Source: Bacillota bacterium (GTDB lineage: Bacteria; Bacillota; Clostridia; Christensenellales; UBA1242). Taken from it: a DNA stretch of 64,000 nucleotides. Location of the stretch: the NCBI GenBank assembly GCA_009780065.1, contig WRAS01000001.1:188140-252139 (forward strand), written 5' to 3'. Shown here in pieces: positions 1 through 9,671 of the stretch (its first letter is position 1; each line of letters begins with the position of its first letter). A program made the translations under genes and the position numbers. Under the pieces are notes generated by a model that was given only the letters and a program-made list of their open reading frames with translations, did not search any database and was not told the origin of the DNA.

Positions 1-1368
1 TAATGACGCTCGCATTGCATTGTGTCCGATAACCTTTTCCAAGTCCACGAACAACAACATCCCACGGACATATGTCATAAAGACATACTCGTACTGGTTG
101 GAAAATGCGTGCAATTCACGGTTCATATTGGTGTTCAATGTGCCGCCCACACCATGTACCAATCGTGCAAATGTTGCAAAGTTATTACGGAATGTGTTTA
201 TGTAATCCGTACGATTAATACCAAAGTCGGGGTTTTCATCATAAAACAAAAGCGTTGAAAACTCGGCAAGTCCTTCGTCTATCCATGCGGTTCGAACCTG
301 GTCATTACCGATTATTCCATACCACCATTGATGCGCGATTTCGTGAATAATGACACGGTCTATTTCTTCGCGTTCGGTTATTTGGGTGCTTATAAAAACT
401 ATTTCCCCGAACTCCATACCACCATGCAGAAAGTCTGTTTGCACGACACTGAGTTGCTTGTACGGATAACGAACAAACAGTCTGGAAAACGTCCTAAGCG
501 AGCGTATGCTGGTTTCCAGGCTTCTCAGAGGGTCTACATCGTCCAGGAAATAGTAATTAACCGCAACACGATCCACAATTCGTGTCAGTGTTTCAAAGTG
601 CGGAGACAACGACGCAGCCCAATCGCGAATAGCGTAACTGCGTACAGTTGTTGTGCGTGTTGTGTCCGTGGTTTGTTCGCGGATTACCACACCGCTGGAC
701 GCCATTATGTATTTGCTTGGCTTGGTTAGTGTAACGTTAAAATTATGCAATGCGTTAAAAAATGGATCCCCATTATAACTGTATGTATTGGTCATCCATG
801 TCCCCTCATCAAATATTACGGGCACGGGGTAAAAGTTTCCCAAATTAACCACACGGTCTGTGTATCCAAGGCGATGTGCAATATTCGCTAGTTGAACAAC
901 ATAATCGATTTCAATGCGCGTGGTTTGATTTGGCAACAATGGCTGCGGCAACATTACCGCCAACACGTTTGCGTCATCCCCAATTATGTTGGGAATGCTT
1001 TGTGCACCACTGACCGCCACACGTGTTACGTTGATGTGTCCGAAACTGCGACCGTCGGGGAAGGCGGTTGCAATCTCGCCATCGGACACTGGCGGAAACA
1101 GTGCACCCTCGCGAAAGGCGTTTGCAAAAATATGGAACTTGATGGTGTTCTTTTCATGTGTGGAGCGGTTACGGTATTCCACCACTTGATTCGCGGTTAA
1201 TGTTCGTGACTCGCGGTCATATGTTGCAACTATGGTTATGGTGTCGCTGTTCCGTGCTGCAATCCGCAGTGGGTCATCATATTGCAATAACAAAACAACA
1301 GATACGGTTAAGATAACGCAAACCATCCCAAGTGCAATCGCCGACAAAATTCTTTTTTTCTTTGACAT
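1..1368 (-). CDS. M1-family (gluzincin) zinc aminopeptidase with N-terminal membrane anchor; C-terminus lies outside the window
   Basis: Absent from the ORF track because no stop codon falls inside the window. Manual reverse translation from ATG (1368-1366) gives MSKKKRILSAIALGMVCVILTV... and stays open to position 1. HEIAH (331-345) is followed 18 aa later by the Glu of WIDEGLAEF, which is the HEXXH-X18-E signature. Confidence 0.85.
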   Translation of the reverse strand, partial: MSKKKRILSAIALGMVCVILTVSVVLLLQYDDPLRIAARNSDTITIVATYDRESRTLTANQVVEYRNRSTHEKNTIKFHIFANAFREGALFPPVSDGEIATAFPDGRSFGHINVTRVAVSGAQSIPNIIGDDANVLAVMLPQPLLPNQTTRIEIDYVVQLANIAHRLGYTDRVVNLGNFYPVPVIFDEGTWMTNTYSYNGDPFFNALHNFNVTLTKPSKYIMASSGVVIREQTTDTTRTTTVRSYAIRDWAASLSPHFETLTRIVDRVAVNYYFLDDVDPLRSLETSIRSLRTFSRLFVRYPYKQLSVVQTDFLHGGMEFGEIVFISTQITEREEIDRVIIHEIAHQWWYGIIGNDQVRTAWIDEGLAEFSTLLFYDENPDFGINRTDYINTFRNNFATFARLVHGVGGTLNTNMNRELHAFSNQYEYVFMTYVRGMLLFVDLEKVIGHNAMRASL

Positions 1369-1470
1369 AATTATTGTTATGAATTAGTGTTGTGCGGGTA
1401 TTACATTTCCCGTCTAATTTAAACAAAATATGTCAAAATCCGAAAAAGGCTTTCGTGAAAAAATATTTGT

Positions 1471-1839
1471 ATGAAAAAGATTGCTTTTGTTATATTACCG
1501 CTGTTTATTTTGGTGGCAAGTATCCTTAGTGCTTGCGGCCGTGCACAAGATTACCACATGCGGTTTGATATCGACAAAAATAACTATTGGGAGTTTCTTA
1601 ATATAACCATCGTCCATGTAAATCCAATCGTAGGTACACGGTTGCAATTTTTTCCAGAGACGACCAATACCAACTTTCAAAGCGTAGTTGTAACATACAC
1701 AATATTTACCAGCAACAGCGCAATCCATCCAGACACACGTCTTGTCTTATTGACATCTGATGGACGGGGGCAGACGTATGCATGTCACCAGGCATTACCA
1801 CGGATTGTTTCAATTCGCGGGGTGATACAGTTCACATGA
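1471..1839 (+). CDS. small lipoprotein, function unknown
   Basis: The N-terminus MKKIAFVILPLFILVASILSAC has a signal peptide and a lipobox (LSAC). Confidence 0.6.
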   Translation: MKKIAFVILPLFILVASILSACGRAQDYHMRFDIDKNNYWEFLNITIVHVNPIVGTRLQFFPETTNTNFQSVVVTYTIFTSNSAIHPDTRLVLLTSDGRGQTYACHQALPRIVSIRGVIQFT

Positions 1840-1870
1840 CAAAACCAGACAAAAGTGTCTATAATAGAAT

Positions 1871-2977
1871 ATGAAAGAAATTTACTTTGATAACGCCGCA
1901 ACAACGCGAATACGACCCGAGGTTTTGTCGGCAATGAACGATGCCGAAGGCGGGTTGTTTTATAATTCATCCGCTATGTATGCGGGTTCTGTTAAATCAC
2001 GCAAAGCCATTGAACAGGCAGGTGATATTGTTTTGTCACGTCTTACAAAACGAAAGACTGGCAATGTAATATTCACAAGTGGTGCTACCGAAGGCAACAA
2101 CATTGTAATCTTTGGAAAGATGACCAACCCACGCCAACATATGGTGGTTCTGGCGGGCGAGCATAGTTCAACATACGCACCCAGTGTCTATTTAAAAAAC
2201 AACGGTTACGAGGTCGACTATATACCACTGAAAAAAAATGGTGTTGCTGATTTAGACACATTGACACGGTTGATTCGTCCAAACACCGCACTGATCGTAT
2301 TCGGATACGTCAACAGCGACACAGGTGTAATCCAACCCACAGCCGACATCGTAAAAATTGTGAAATCCATAAATCCAAAAGCACATGTGCATTGTGATGT
2401 GGTGCAGGGATTTTGTAAATTTGACTTTGATGTGATGGATCTTGGTCTGGATTCGGTGGTCGTCAGTGCCCACAAAATATACGGCCCCAAAGGTGTGGGT
2501 GCACTGTGGCTAAAAAAGGGTACAACACTAAAACCAATTATGTACGGTGGCTCACAACAAGAATATCGCCCAGGTACCGAGAATAATTCAGATATCATAG
2601 GCCTTGCCCAGGCAATAAAACATTTTGATACACAATCGTCATATATGCATGTGAAAAAACTACAAGACCGATTACTGTCTGGTTTACCGCGTGGATGTTC
2701 AATTAATGGTGATGCATCTAATCCGTATATTACAAACATCATGTTGCCTAATGTATTCGGTCACACCGTTATGAATGCGTTGTCTTCGCGTGGCATCTAT
2801 GTTGGTCTGGGTTCGGCATGTTCGTCAAAAGCGGCGAAAAACCGAACTTTGATCGCAATGGGTATTCCCGAAAATAAAACAAAAAATGTAATACGTGTCA
2901 GCTTCGGCATATATAATACACTGGACGAGGTCGATATTTTCCTAGACGAATTGGAAAATATTCTTAAATCGTATTAA
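1871..2977 (+). CDS. cysteine desulfurase (class V aminotransferase, NifS/IscS type)
   Basis: 368 aa. Contains FTSGATEGNN, the PLP-lysine motif SAHKIYGPKGVGALW and the active-site Cys loop GLGSACSS. Confidence 0.88.
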   Translation: MKEIYFDNAATTRIRPEVLSAMNDAEGGLFYNSSAMYAGSVKSRKAIEQAGDIVLSRLTKRKTGNVIFTSGATEGNNIVIFGKMTNPRQHMVVLAGEHSSTYAPSVYLKNNGYEVDYIPLKKNGVADLDTLTRLIRPNTALIVFGYVNSDTGVIQPTADIVKIVKSINPKAHVHCDVVQGFCKFDFDVMDLGLDSVVVSAHKIYGPKGVGALWLKKGTTLKPIMYGGSQQEYRPGTENNSDIIGLAQAIKHFDTQSSYMHVKKLQDRLLSGLPRGCSINGDASNPYITNIMLPNVFGHTVMNALSSRGIYVGLGSACSSKAAKNRTLIAMGIPENKTKNVIRVSFGIYNTLDEVDIFLDELENILKSY

Positions 2978-3071
2978 ACGACAAAAAAATAAATTGACAC
3001 AAATATTAAAAAATGATTATATATTCACATATCAACTAGCTAATAATATAGCTAAATTTAAAGGAGGTATA

Positions 3072-3758
3072 ATGAAAAAACTTTACAAGATTAGTTTGGC
3101 TGTGATGTTACTCGTCCTGGTACCTGTGGTTCTTGCAGGTTGTGGCGGGGTATCACGCAGCGGTAATTGGAGGACGTTCCAACTGGATACGCCTGCACCA
3201 ACGGTTTCAGGTGTGTTAACAGCAACAGCCGGAACACAAACGATCCAAACTGTGCAACGTTTTCAATTCGCAGACCACAGTAACAGATTCGGACACACAA
3301 GGCAGACAAATGTAATAGGTGTCGAGAGAATTACAAGAACAGTTATTACAAGAACTACAACAGAAGGAACTACAACAGACGCAACAGAAACTACAGTCAC
3401 ATACGTGCTAGTCTCTATCGCAGTTCACACAGACAAAATTGTTACCACAGCAGCCCCAACAACTGTTACCATTGTAAATGGCACAACAGAGGCTGGCGAA
3501 AACAGATACCATGCCGTACCTAGTTGGTCTGTATCATACTTGGTAAACACACCAACAACAACACATCCACAAGCAGAACAGGTTGCAACACGCTTCGTAT
3601 CATCATTTGGAAGACCAGCTGCTGGAACTACAATTGCTGCAAACCGTGAACTTCAAATTGACCAGAATCTTGTAATAAACTTTACCGTACGTGACGTACA
3701 AGGTGAAGAACAAGAACTTTCATTCACATTCGCACTAAACCGCGCGAACTTTAGTTAA
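3072..3758 (+). CDS. Thr-rich lipoprotein, function unknown
   Basis: The internal ATG at 3072 is preceded by AAGGAGG. MKKLYKISLAVMLLVLVPVVLAGC has a lipobox. The mature part is Thr/Val-rich (TRTTTEGTTTDATETTVTY). Confidence 0.65.
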   Translation: MKKLYKISLAVMLLVLVPVVLAGCGGVSRSGNWRTFQLDTPAPTVSGVLTATAGTQTIQTVQRFQFADHSNRFGHTRQTNVIGVERITRTVITRTTTEGTTTDATETTVTYVLVSIAVHTDKIVTTAAPTTVTIVNGTTEAGENRYHAVPSWSVSYLVNTPTTTHPQAEQVATRFVSSFGRPAAGTTIAANRELQIDQNLVINFTVRDVQGEEQELSFTFALNRANFS

Positions 3759-3783
3759 TTTAAAATTTAAAGGAGAAACATTA

Positions 3784-4296
3784 ATGGACAGAAAATTAAT
3801 TCTAAACGTATTGTTCGCGGTGGCTTTGTTCTTTGCGATTCAAGCCCTTGTTAACAATACGGTAACGCAAATTTGGAACCTTGATCCAAGAAATTTCAGA
3901 ACGGGTACACCATGGTACCGTCACATGATTCAAGTATTCTACTGGCTAAGTATTCTTGCCTTTGCTGCTACAGTTATTATTAATGCAATTATCGCGTTCT
4001 GCAACAAAGCAGAAAAGAGCCGTAAATTGCTGTGGATAATTTCATTGGCAAGTATGGCATTCGTATTGTTGCTCGTCTTGGTTGCTCGTTTCACAATCCC
4101 AGTATCTGGCGTAGAAGTGAACCCTGCACCATTCCTAGACGGCGGTCTGTACACAGCATTCCGTGGCGTGGCATTTGCATTCCTTATCCCAGGTTTAATC
4201 ATGACATTCATCGCAGGATGCATGATGGGCTGCTGCAAAAAGGGTGAAGGCGAGAAGCAGGCAAAAGAACCAAAACAAGTAAAAGAAAATAACTAA
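3784..4296 (+). CDS. integral membrane protein (about 4 TM), function unknown
   Basis: 170 aa with four hydrophobic segments and a lysine-rich tail. An AGGAG site lies upstream. Confidence 0.6.
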   Translation: MDRKLILNVLFAVALFFAIQALVNNTVTQIWNLDPRNFRTGTPWYRHMIQVFYWLSILAFAATVIINAIIAFCNKAEKSRKLLWIISLASMAFVLLLVLVARFTIPVSGVEVNPAPFLDGGLYTAFRGVAFAFLIPGLIMTFIAGCMMGCCKKGEGEKQAKEPKQVKENN

Positions 4297-4320
4297 TCTC
4301 GTGAAAGTACAAAATAAAAA

Positions 4321-4346
4321 GGAAGCCGTAATGCGCTTCCTTTTTT
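4321..4346 (+). terminator. rho-independent terminator
   Basis: GGAAGC (4321-4326) pairs with GCTTCC (4335-4340), followed by T6. Confidence 0.7.
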
Positions 4347-4373
4347 AAATATGGTTATGGTATAATTAAAATT

Positions 4374-4655
4374 ATGGAACAAGAAGGAAAAGTAGGGCCA
4401 GTCACCAGATGTGGATTAGTTAGTGGCGGGAAAATTATTTATGGCAAGCAAGAAGGTGTAAATGTAAGGGAAAGTGAGAAAAAGATTGGACGGCTTAGAA
4501 AAGAAATAAAAGACGCCACGAAGGCGCGTAAAGATTTCATTTCATACGGCGAAGGAAATCAAGTATTAAAGATTGATGAAACAATCAATGCATTGCAAAG
4601 GGAAATTGTGCGTATTCAAGAAACTATTGAATCTAGCCGTGAAAAGGCTGATTAA
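4374..4655 (+). CDS. hypothetical 93-aa charged/coiled-coil protein, possibly leaderless
   Basis: ORF track. No SD. The extended -10 TGgTATAAT (4358-4366) ends 7 nt before the ATG. Confidence 0.4.
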   Translation: MEQEGKVGPVTRCGLVSGGKIIYGKQEGVNVRESEKKIGRLRKEIKDATKARKDFISYGEGNQVLKIDETINALQREIVRIQETIESSREKAD

Positions 4656-4711
4656 ACAAATTTCTCTTGACAGTTGGGTTAATAAGTATTATTCTAAATT
4701 CAATCCATAAG

Positions 4712-4735
4712 TGGGCAGGGCATGCCCATTTTTTT
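4712..4735 (+). terminator. rho-independent terminator in the rimP-nusA-infB leader (candidate attenuator)
   Basis: TGGGCA (4712-4717), loop GGGCA, TGCCCA (4723-4728), then T7 (4729-4735). Only 22 nt, containing the SD, separate it from the rimP ATG. Confidence 0.7.
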
Positions 4736-4757
4736 AGCCCAAATGAAAGGAGGTATC

Positions 4758-5222
4758 ATGAACAAAGCCCAAAAGGTACGAGAGTTATGTCAGCAAACTG
4801 TGGAAAACATGGGTTATGAATTGTATGATGTAACATACAAGAAAGAATCGGATGGGATGAATCTGACACTGCTGATTGATTGTCCGAATGGAATTGTTAT
4901 TGACGACTGCGAACGTGTCAGTCTTGCAATCGAACCAATTATCGATGATGCAAATGTAATCGAGGATGGGTATAACCTTAATGTGGCTTCTATTGGTTTG
5001 GATCATCCGGTAAAGGACGAACGTGATTTTATACGCAATCGTGACAAAGAAATCGAAATTACGCTGTACGCCCAAATCGGTGAAGGCAAAAATAAACGTA
5101 AACATCTTGTCGGGAAATTGGTATCTTGGACAGAGAATGACGTAACAATTATCGAGGATGATAAAACATTGACATTGGAAAGAAAATCAATCGCCAGCAT
5201 CATCCCACACATAAAGTTTTAA
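4758..5222 (+). CDS. rimP: ribosome maturation factor RimP
   Basis: The ATG at 4758 follows AAAGGAGG. The size and the position directly upstream of nusA fit RimP, as does NLTLLIDCPNGIVIDDCERVSLAIEPIID. Confidence 0.85.
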   Translation: MNKAQKVRELCQQTVENMGYELYDVTYKKESDGMNLTLLIDCPNGIVIDDCERVSLAIEPIIDDANVIEDGYNLNVASIGLDHPVKDERDFIRNRDKEIEITLYAQIGEGKNKRKHLVGKLVSWTENDVTIIEDDKTLTLERKSIASIIPHIKF

Positions 5223-5247
5223 CAAAAATTAAAGGAGATATAAAATT

Positions 5248-6330
5248 ATGGTAAGCAAAGAGTTTTTCAGCGCATTCCGACAAATAGCGGACGAGCGCAA
5301 TATGACCGAGGAAGAGGTTCTTAACGATTTCCAAGAGTCTTTTGTACCTGCATTGAAAAAAATGTACGGCGAGGGCAGTAACGTTCGTGTGGAACTAAAT
5401 CCCGAGAAAAACAGAATCCGTGTGTTCGCATATAAAACTGTAGTAGAAGAAGTCGAGGACTGGGATCGTGAAATTAGTTTGGAAGAAGCCCAAGAAATTA
5501 AAAAGAGCCACAAAGTAGGTGACTTCGTAGAAACAGAATTAAACTTGAAAGAATTTGGTCGTGTTGCTGCAATAACAATGAAACAAGTTATGGCACAAAA
5601 AACACGCGAGCGTACGCGTCAACTTGCTCTTGATGAAATCAATGCACGTGCGGATCAAATCGTTACCGCAAAAATTACAAAGATTGATCGCGATACGTAT
5701 CACTTGGAGATTCCAGGTTCAAGTTTAGAGGGTATCTTGAATGTTCGTGGGCAAATACCAGGTCAGAATTATAAAGAAGGTGATTTCCTTAAAGTTTACA
5801 TCAATCCGGTATATGATGACCGTCGTGGTGAGATTTACGTGACACGAAGCACGCCGCAATTTGTTCGTGCGCTGTTCGACCTGGAAATTCCAGAAATCGG
5901 TCGCGGCGAGGTTGTGGTGAAAGCAATCGCACGTGAGGCGGGTTACAGAACAAAAATCTGTGTTCACAGTGAAATTGAAAACATCGACCCAATCGGTGCA
6001 TGTGTTGGGAACAAAGGTTCACGTATTCAAACCATTATGCAAGAAATTGGGCCAGAGAAAGTGGATCTAATATCATGGAGTGCGGATCCACTTGAATTCA
6101 TTGCTGCTGCATTGTCACCGTCACCAGTTCTGCGTGTAGAGGCAAAAGAAGGCGAGCAACGTGCACGCGTAATTGTGCCAAACGATAAACTAAGCCTTGC
6201 AATAGGGCGCAGTGGTCTTAACGTACGTCTTGCGGCAAAATTGACTGGGTGGAAGATAGACGTGTTGTCCGAGGAAAAAGCAGCAGAACAAGACGCAATG
6301 AACACCGAGGACTTTGTACTTGGAAGTTAA
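5248..6330 (+). CDS. nusA: transcription termination/antitermination factor NusA
   Basis: 360 aa with an S1-like region and KH regions (IDPIGACVGNKGSRIQ, LSLAIGRSGLNVRLAAKLTGWKIDV). Confidence 0.95.
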   Translation: MVSKEFFSAFRQIADERNMTEEEVLNDFQESFVPALKKMYGEGSNVRVELNPEKNRIRVFAYKTVVEEVEDWDREISLEEAQEIKKSHKVGDFVETELNLKEFGRVAAITMKQVMAQKTRERTRQLALDEINARADQIVTAKITKIDRDTYHLEIPGSSLEGILNVRGQIPGQNYKEGDFLKVYINPVYDDRRGEIYVTRSTPQFVRALFDLEIPEIGRGEVVVKAIAREAGYRTKICVHSEIENIDPIGACVGNKGSRIQTIMQEIGPEKVDLISWSADPLEFIAAALSPSPVLRVEAKEGEQRARVIVPNDKLSLAIGRSGLNVRLAAKLTGWKIDVLSEEKAAEQDAMNTEDFVLGS

Positions 6331-6331
6331 G

Positions 6332-6595
6332 ATGGAAAAAGAACGAATTTGTTGTGTGTGTAGACTAAAAGCACCCGCAAGTGAAAGAATTCGCATAGCA
6401 CGTGAAAAAAAGCCAGACGGCGGATATAAATATTTCGTGGATAGGGTTGGTAATGCAAATGGGCGCGGATGTTATTTGTGCTCGTCTTGTATTGATACTG
6501 CAATAAAGAAAAAAGCAATTAACCGAAGTTTCAAGGCACAGGTATGTCAGGAGATTTATGACGAATTAATAAACATCCAAAAGTCATTGCAATAA
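6332..6595 (+). CDS. ylxR: YlxR/RnpM family (DUF448) RNA-binding protein
   Basis: RICCVCRLK ... GRGCYLCSSC pattern, and the conserved position between nusA and infB. The track start at 6314 is TTG; the ATG at 6332 is more likely. Confidence 0.85.
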   Translation: MEKERICCVCRLKAPASERIRIAREKKPDGGYKYFVDRVGNANGRGCYLCSSCIDTAIKKKAINRSFKAQVCQEIYDELINIQKSLQ

Positions 6596-6616
6596 ACGTA
6601 TGTTTCATATATAATA

Positions 6617-9286
6617 ATGTTTATGCAACAAAATTCGGCCAAACAGGCAAGTGGAAAACTTGACAATATTAAAACCATTACGGAACATCTTCCGCACGTT
6701 TCTGAATTGCTTTCGCAATGTCGTGAATCCAGAAGCAAATTGGAATCCTTGCTTTCCCATCTTAAAGGTGCGTCCGCACAGATAACATCTTCGCGTGAAG
6801 AGGCTAAGCGTCGTGCAGAAAAAGAGGCCCAGTTTGCCGATCTGATTAAACAGCGTGAGGAAGAGCGTCGTATTGCCGAAGAAAAGGTAGACCGAAAAGC
6901 CGAAGAATTAAAAGCCAAGAAAGAAGAAAAAGCAGCGGCAATTAAAAAAGAGCCAGCCAAACCGCAACCACAGCAAACTCCTGTTTCACAGCCACAGCCA
7001 CAAGTACAAGAATCAAGACCGCAAACGCGCGAGTTTACACCAAACCGACAATTCCAACCAAGAACCGACTTTCAACCACGTCCTGCACAAAACCGAACAT
7101 GGACACCACAACAATCCAGTGGTGCATATGGTCGTGGCTTGGCGCGCGAAGGCGGACAAATGCGTCCAGGAGGCGCACCGTTTCAAAGGCCAGGGGGCGC
7201 GCCATTCGGACAGAGACCGGGCGGACCTGGGCAAAGACCATTTACACCACGTCCAAGTGGTGCGGGAGGTGCCGCGGGTGCAGCCAAACCACCTACCGAG
7301 CGCTTTGTTCCAAAGACAGACACACATGCTACCAAGAGCAAGAAAACAAAATTCGACGGTGAGAAAAGTTCAGGTATGGACAGACGCAGTCTTCTTCGCC
7401 GTGGTATAATCGAAGAGCAAGACATAGAAGAAAGAATGTTGACAAGATTGTTTCGTACAAAAAAATCCAAGGAGAACAGCGACAAGGCATCGACGAAACA
7501 AGACAGCAATATTATAAAAATTACAACTAACACAATCACCGTGAAAAGTTTATCCGAAAAAATTGGTAAAACTGCGACCGAGATTATAAAGCAACTTATG
7601 GTGCTTGGCGAAATGTGTACAATAAACAGCAGCATCGATTTCTCGACAGCTGAACTGGTTTCTGCCGAGTTCGGTTTCCAACTTGAACTGCATGCGGATA
7701 AAACATACGAAGAGCAAATGAGTGACCGCCACAAAGGTGCTGAAGACGAAAAAGAATTGGTGGCTCGTCCGCCTGTTATTACCGTTATGGGTCACGTTGA
7801 TCACGGTAAGACAACATTGCTTGATAACCTAAGAAAAGCCCGTGTGGCTGCGTCCGAGTGCGGTGGTATTACACAGCACATCGGTGCATACCAGGTTAGT
7901 TTAAAAGGCAAAAAAATTACGTTCATAGACACACCGGGTCACGCGGCATTTGACAAGATGCGTGCACGTGGTGCAAAGATAACCGACATCGCAATCTTGA
8001 TTGTTGCGGGGGACGATGGTGTTATGCCACAAACGGTCGAGGCAATCAAACATATCCAAGGGCAAAACCTGCCAATGATTGTTGCGGTTAACAAAATGGA
8101 CAAGAAAGAGTTCGATATTGAACGTGTGAAAACACAATTATCTGAACATAACGTTGTGCCGGAAGAATGGGGTGGTAATGCAATTATCGTGCCAGTCAGT
8201 GCTCAGGCGGGAACCAACCTTGATAAACTTCTTGAAATGATTCTTCTTGTTGCCGATATGAACGGATATAAGGCAAATCCAAACAAAGAAGCCAGCGGTT
8301 CAATCTTGGAGGCCAAGTTGGATAAAACTCGTGGGCCTGTTGTTACTGTGCTTGTTCAATCTGGAACACTTAAGGTCGGGGATACATTGCTTGCGGGAAC
8401 CACATATGGTAAGGTTCGTGCAATGACAGACGAGGCCGGGAAAGAGGTTCGCAAGGCCCGCCCATCTACACCAGTACAAGTTCTAGGTTTCAGTGACGTT
8501 CCAAAAGCGGGAGACGCTGCGTATGTGGTGGATGAAAAACTAACCAAGCAGGTTGTTGCTGAGCGTCGTGATAAAGAAAAAGTTAAAAAGACAAAATGCT
8601 TCAGCACTACCGAAGCCGACAATGCATTTGATGCAATGACCGAGGCCGAAAAGACTCCGCTTAACCTTATTATAAAGGGTGATGTTGCGGGTTCTCTAGA
8701 GGCTATTATTCAAACAATTAACACAATTACAAGTGATGAAGTTGCCATCCATGTTGTATCTAGTGGGGTGGGTGCGGTAAACGATAACGACGTGTCTCTT
8801 GCTGATGTGACTGGTGCGCGTCTAATTGCGTTCAGTACAAAGACAACACAAACCGCAAAACAAATTGCGAAAAAACAAAAGGTTCAAATTCACGAGTTCG
8901 ATGTTATATATCAAATCTTTGACTTTGTAACCAACGAGATGGTTAAATTGTTCAAGCCAAAATACGTGGATAAATACCATGGTCGTGCCGAAGTGTTACA
9001 GGTATTCCGCTCGTCCGCGGTTGGACTTATCTCTGGTTGCCGTGTGACGGATGGAAAGATTCTGCGTAATACGCGAATTCGACTTGTTCGTGGCGGTGAA
9101 CAAATCGGCGAGTATAAACTTGAATCATTGAAAATTAAATCCAACGATACGAAAGAGGTTGCTATTAACCATGAATGTGGTATAAAGTTAGAAGGCAATG
9201 TACTTACCCAGGTCGGTGATATATTGGAATGCTATGGTCAAGAACAACTTCCGATTATGTATAACGGAAGAAAATACGAATTCTAA
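6617..9286 (+). CDS. infB: translation initiation factor IF-2
   Basis: GTPase motifs GHVDHGKTTLLD, DTPGH and NKMD. The N-terminal part is low-complexity and P/Q/G-rich. Confidence 0.97.
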   Translation: MFMQQNSAKQASGKLDNIKTITEHLPHVSELLSQCRESRSKLESLLSHLKGASAQITSSREEAKRRAEKEAQFADLIKQREEERRIAEEKVDRKAEELKAKKEEKAAAIKKEPAKPQPQQTPVSQPQPQVQESRPQTREFTPNRQFQPRTDFQPRPAQNRTWTPQQSSGAYGRGLAREGGQMRPGGAPFQRPGGAPFGQRPGGPGQRPFTPRPSGAGGAAGAAKPPTERFVPKTDTHATKSKKTKFDGEKSSGMDRRSLLRRGIIEEQDIEERMLTRLFRTKKSKENSDKASTKQDSNIIKITTNTITVKSLSEKIGKTATEIIKQLMVLGEMCTINSSIDFSTAELVSAEFGFQLELHADKTYEEQMSDRHKGAEDEKELVARPPVITVMGHVDHGKTTLLDNLRKARVAASECGGITQHIGAYQVSLKGKKITFIDTPGHAAFDKMRARGAKITDIAILIVAGDDGVMPQTVEAIKHIQGQNLPMIVAVNKMDKKEFDIERVKTQLSEHNVVPEEWGGNAIIVPVSAQAGTNLDKLLEMILLVADMNGYKANPNKEASGSILEAKLDKTRGPVVTVLVQSGTLKVGDTLLAGTTYGKVRAMTDEAGKEVRKARPSTPVQVLGFSDVPKAGDAAYVVDEKLTKQVVAERRDKEKVKKTKCFSTTEADNAFDAMTEAEKTPLNLIIKGDVAGSLEAIIQTINTITSDEVAIHVVSSGVGAVNDNDVSLADVTGARLIAFSTKTTQTAKQIAKKQKVQIHEFDVIYQIFDFVTNEMVKLFKPKYVDKYHGRAEVLQVFRSSAVGLISGCRVTDGKILRNTRIRLVRGGEQIGEYKLESLKIKSNDTKEVAINHECGIKLEGNVLTQVGDILECYGQEQLPIMYNGRKYEF

Positions 9287-9305
9287 ATTTTAGGGGGTAA
9301 ATTTT

Positions 9306-9653
9306 ATGAATGTAAAAATCCAAAGAACAAACAGTGACATCTTGCGCATACTAAGTGTGGCTATTCGCGATAAGGTACGTGCGGATTTGGGTAATGTAAC
9401 TATACTTAGCGTAGATACCAGTGCGGATTACGCTTTTGCGCGGGTATTCGTAGAAATCCAAGGAGACGAAACCGAAAGACAACGTGCACTTGCAGAACTA
9501 GAACGTGCCGGCGGATTTCTTAGAACAGAAATTGCATCAAGGGTAAAGTTAAGACAAACACCACAGTTAAGGTTTTCATTGGATCGCGGTCGTGATAATG
9601 CTAATCGTGTGGAAGAATTATTGAATCAAATAAATTCAGGAAACAAGGAATAA
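9306..9653 (+). CDS. rbfA: ribosome-binding factor A
   Basis: 115 aa, directly after infB. Ends with the typical LRQTPQLRFSLD. Confidence 0.9.
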   Translation: MNVKIQRTNSDILRILSVAIRDKVRADLGNVTILSVDTSADYAFARVFVEIQGDETERQRALAELERAGGFLRTEIASRVKLRQTPQLRFSLDRGRDNANRVEELLNQINSGNKE

Positions 9654-9671
9654 AAACTAATAGGATGTGTC

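Noticed and set aside
286-300. tRNA T-arm-like string GCGGTTCGAACCTGG.
   Set aside because: It lies inside the M1 peptidase CDS, and no acceptor, D or anticodon arms can be drawn around it.
328-1200. Plus-strand ORFs 328-729 and 892-1200 from the ORF track.
   Set aside because: They lie antisense to a continuous minus-strand frame (1-1368) that encodes a coherent M1 peptidase with an HEXXH-X18-E signature. Their own translations are Cys/Arg-rich and look like non-coding sequence.
6556-7734. Minus-strand ORFs 6556-6960 and 7183-7734.
   Set aside because: They are antisense to the low-complexity N-terminal region of infB, so they are shadow ORFs.
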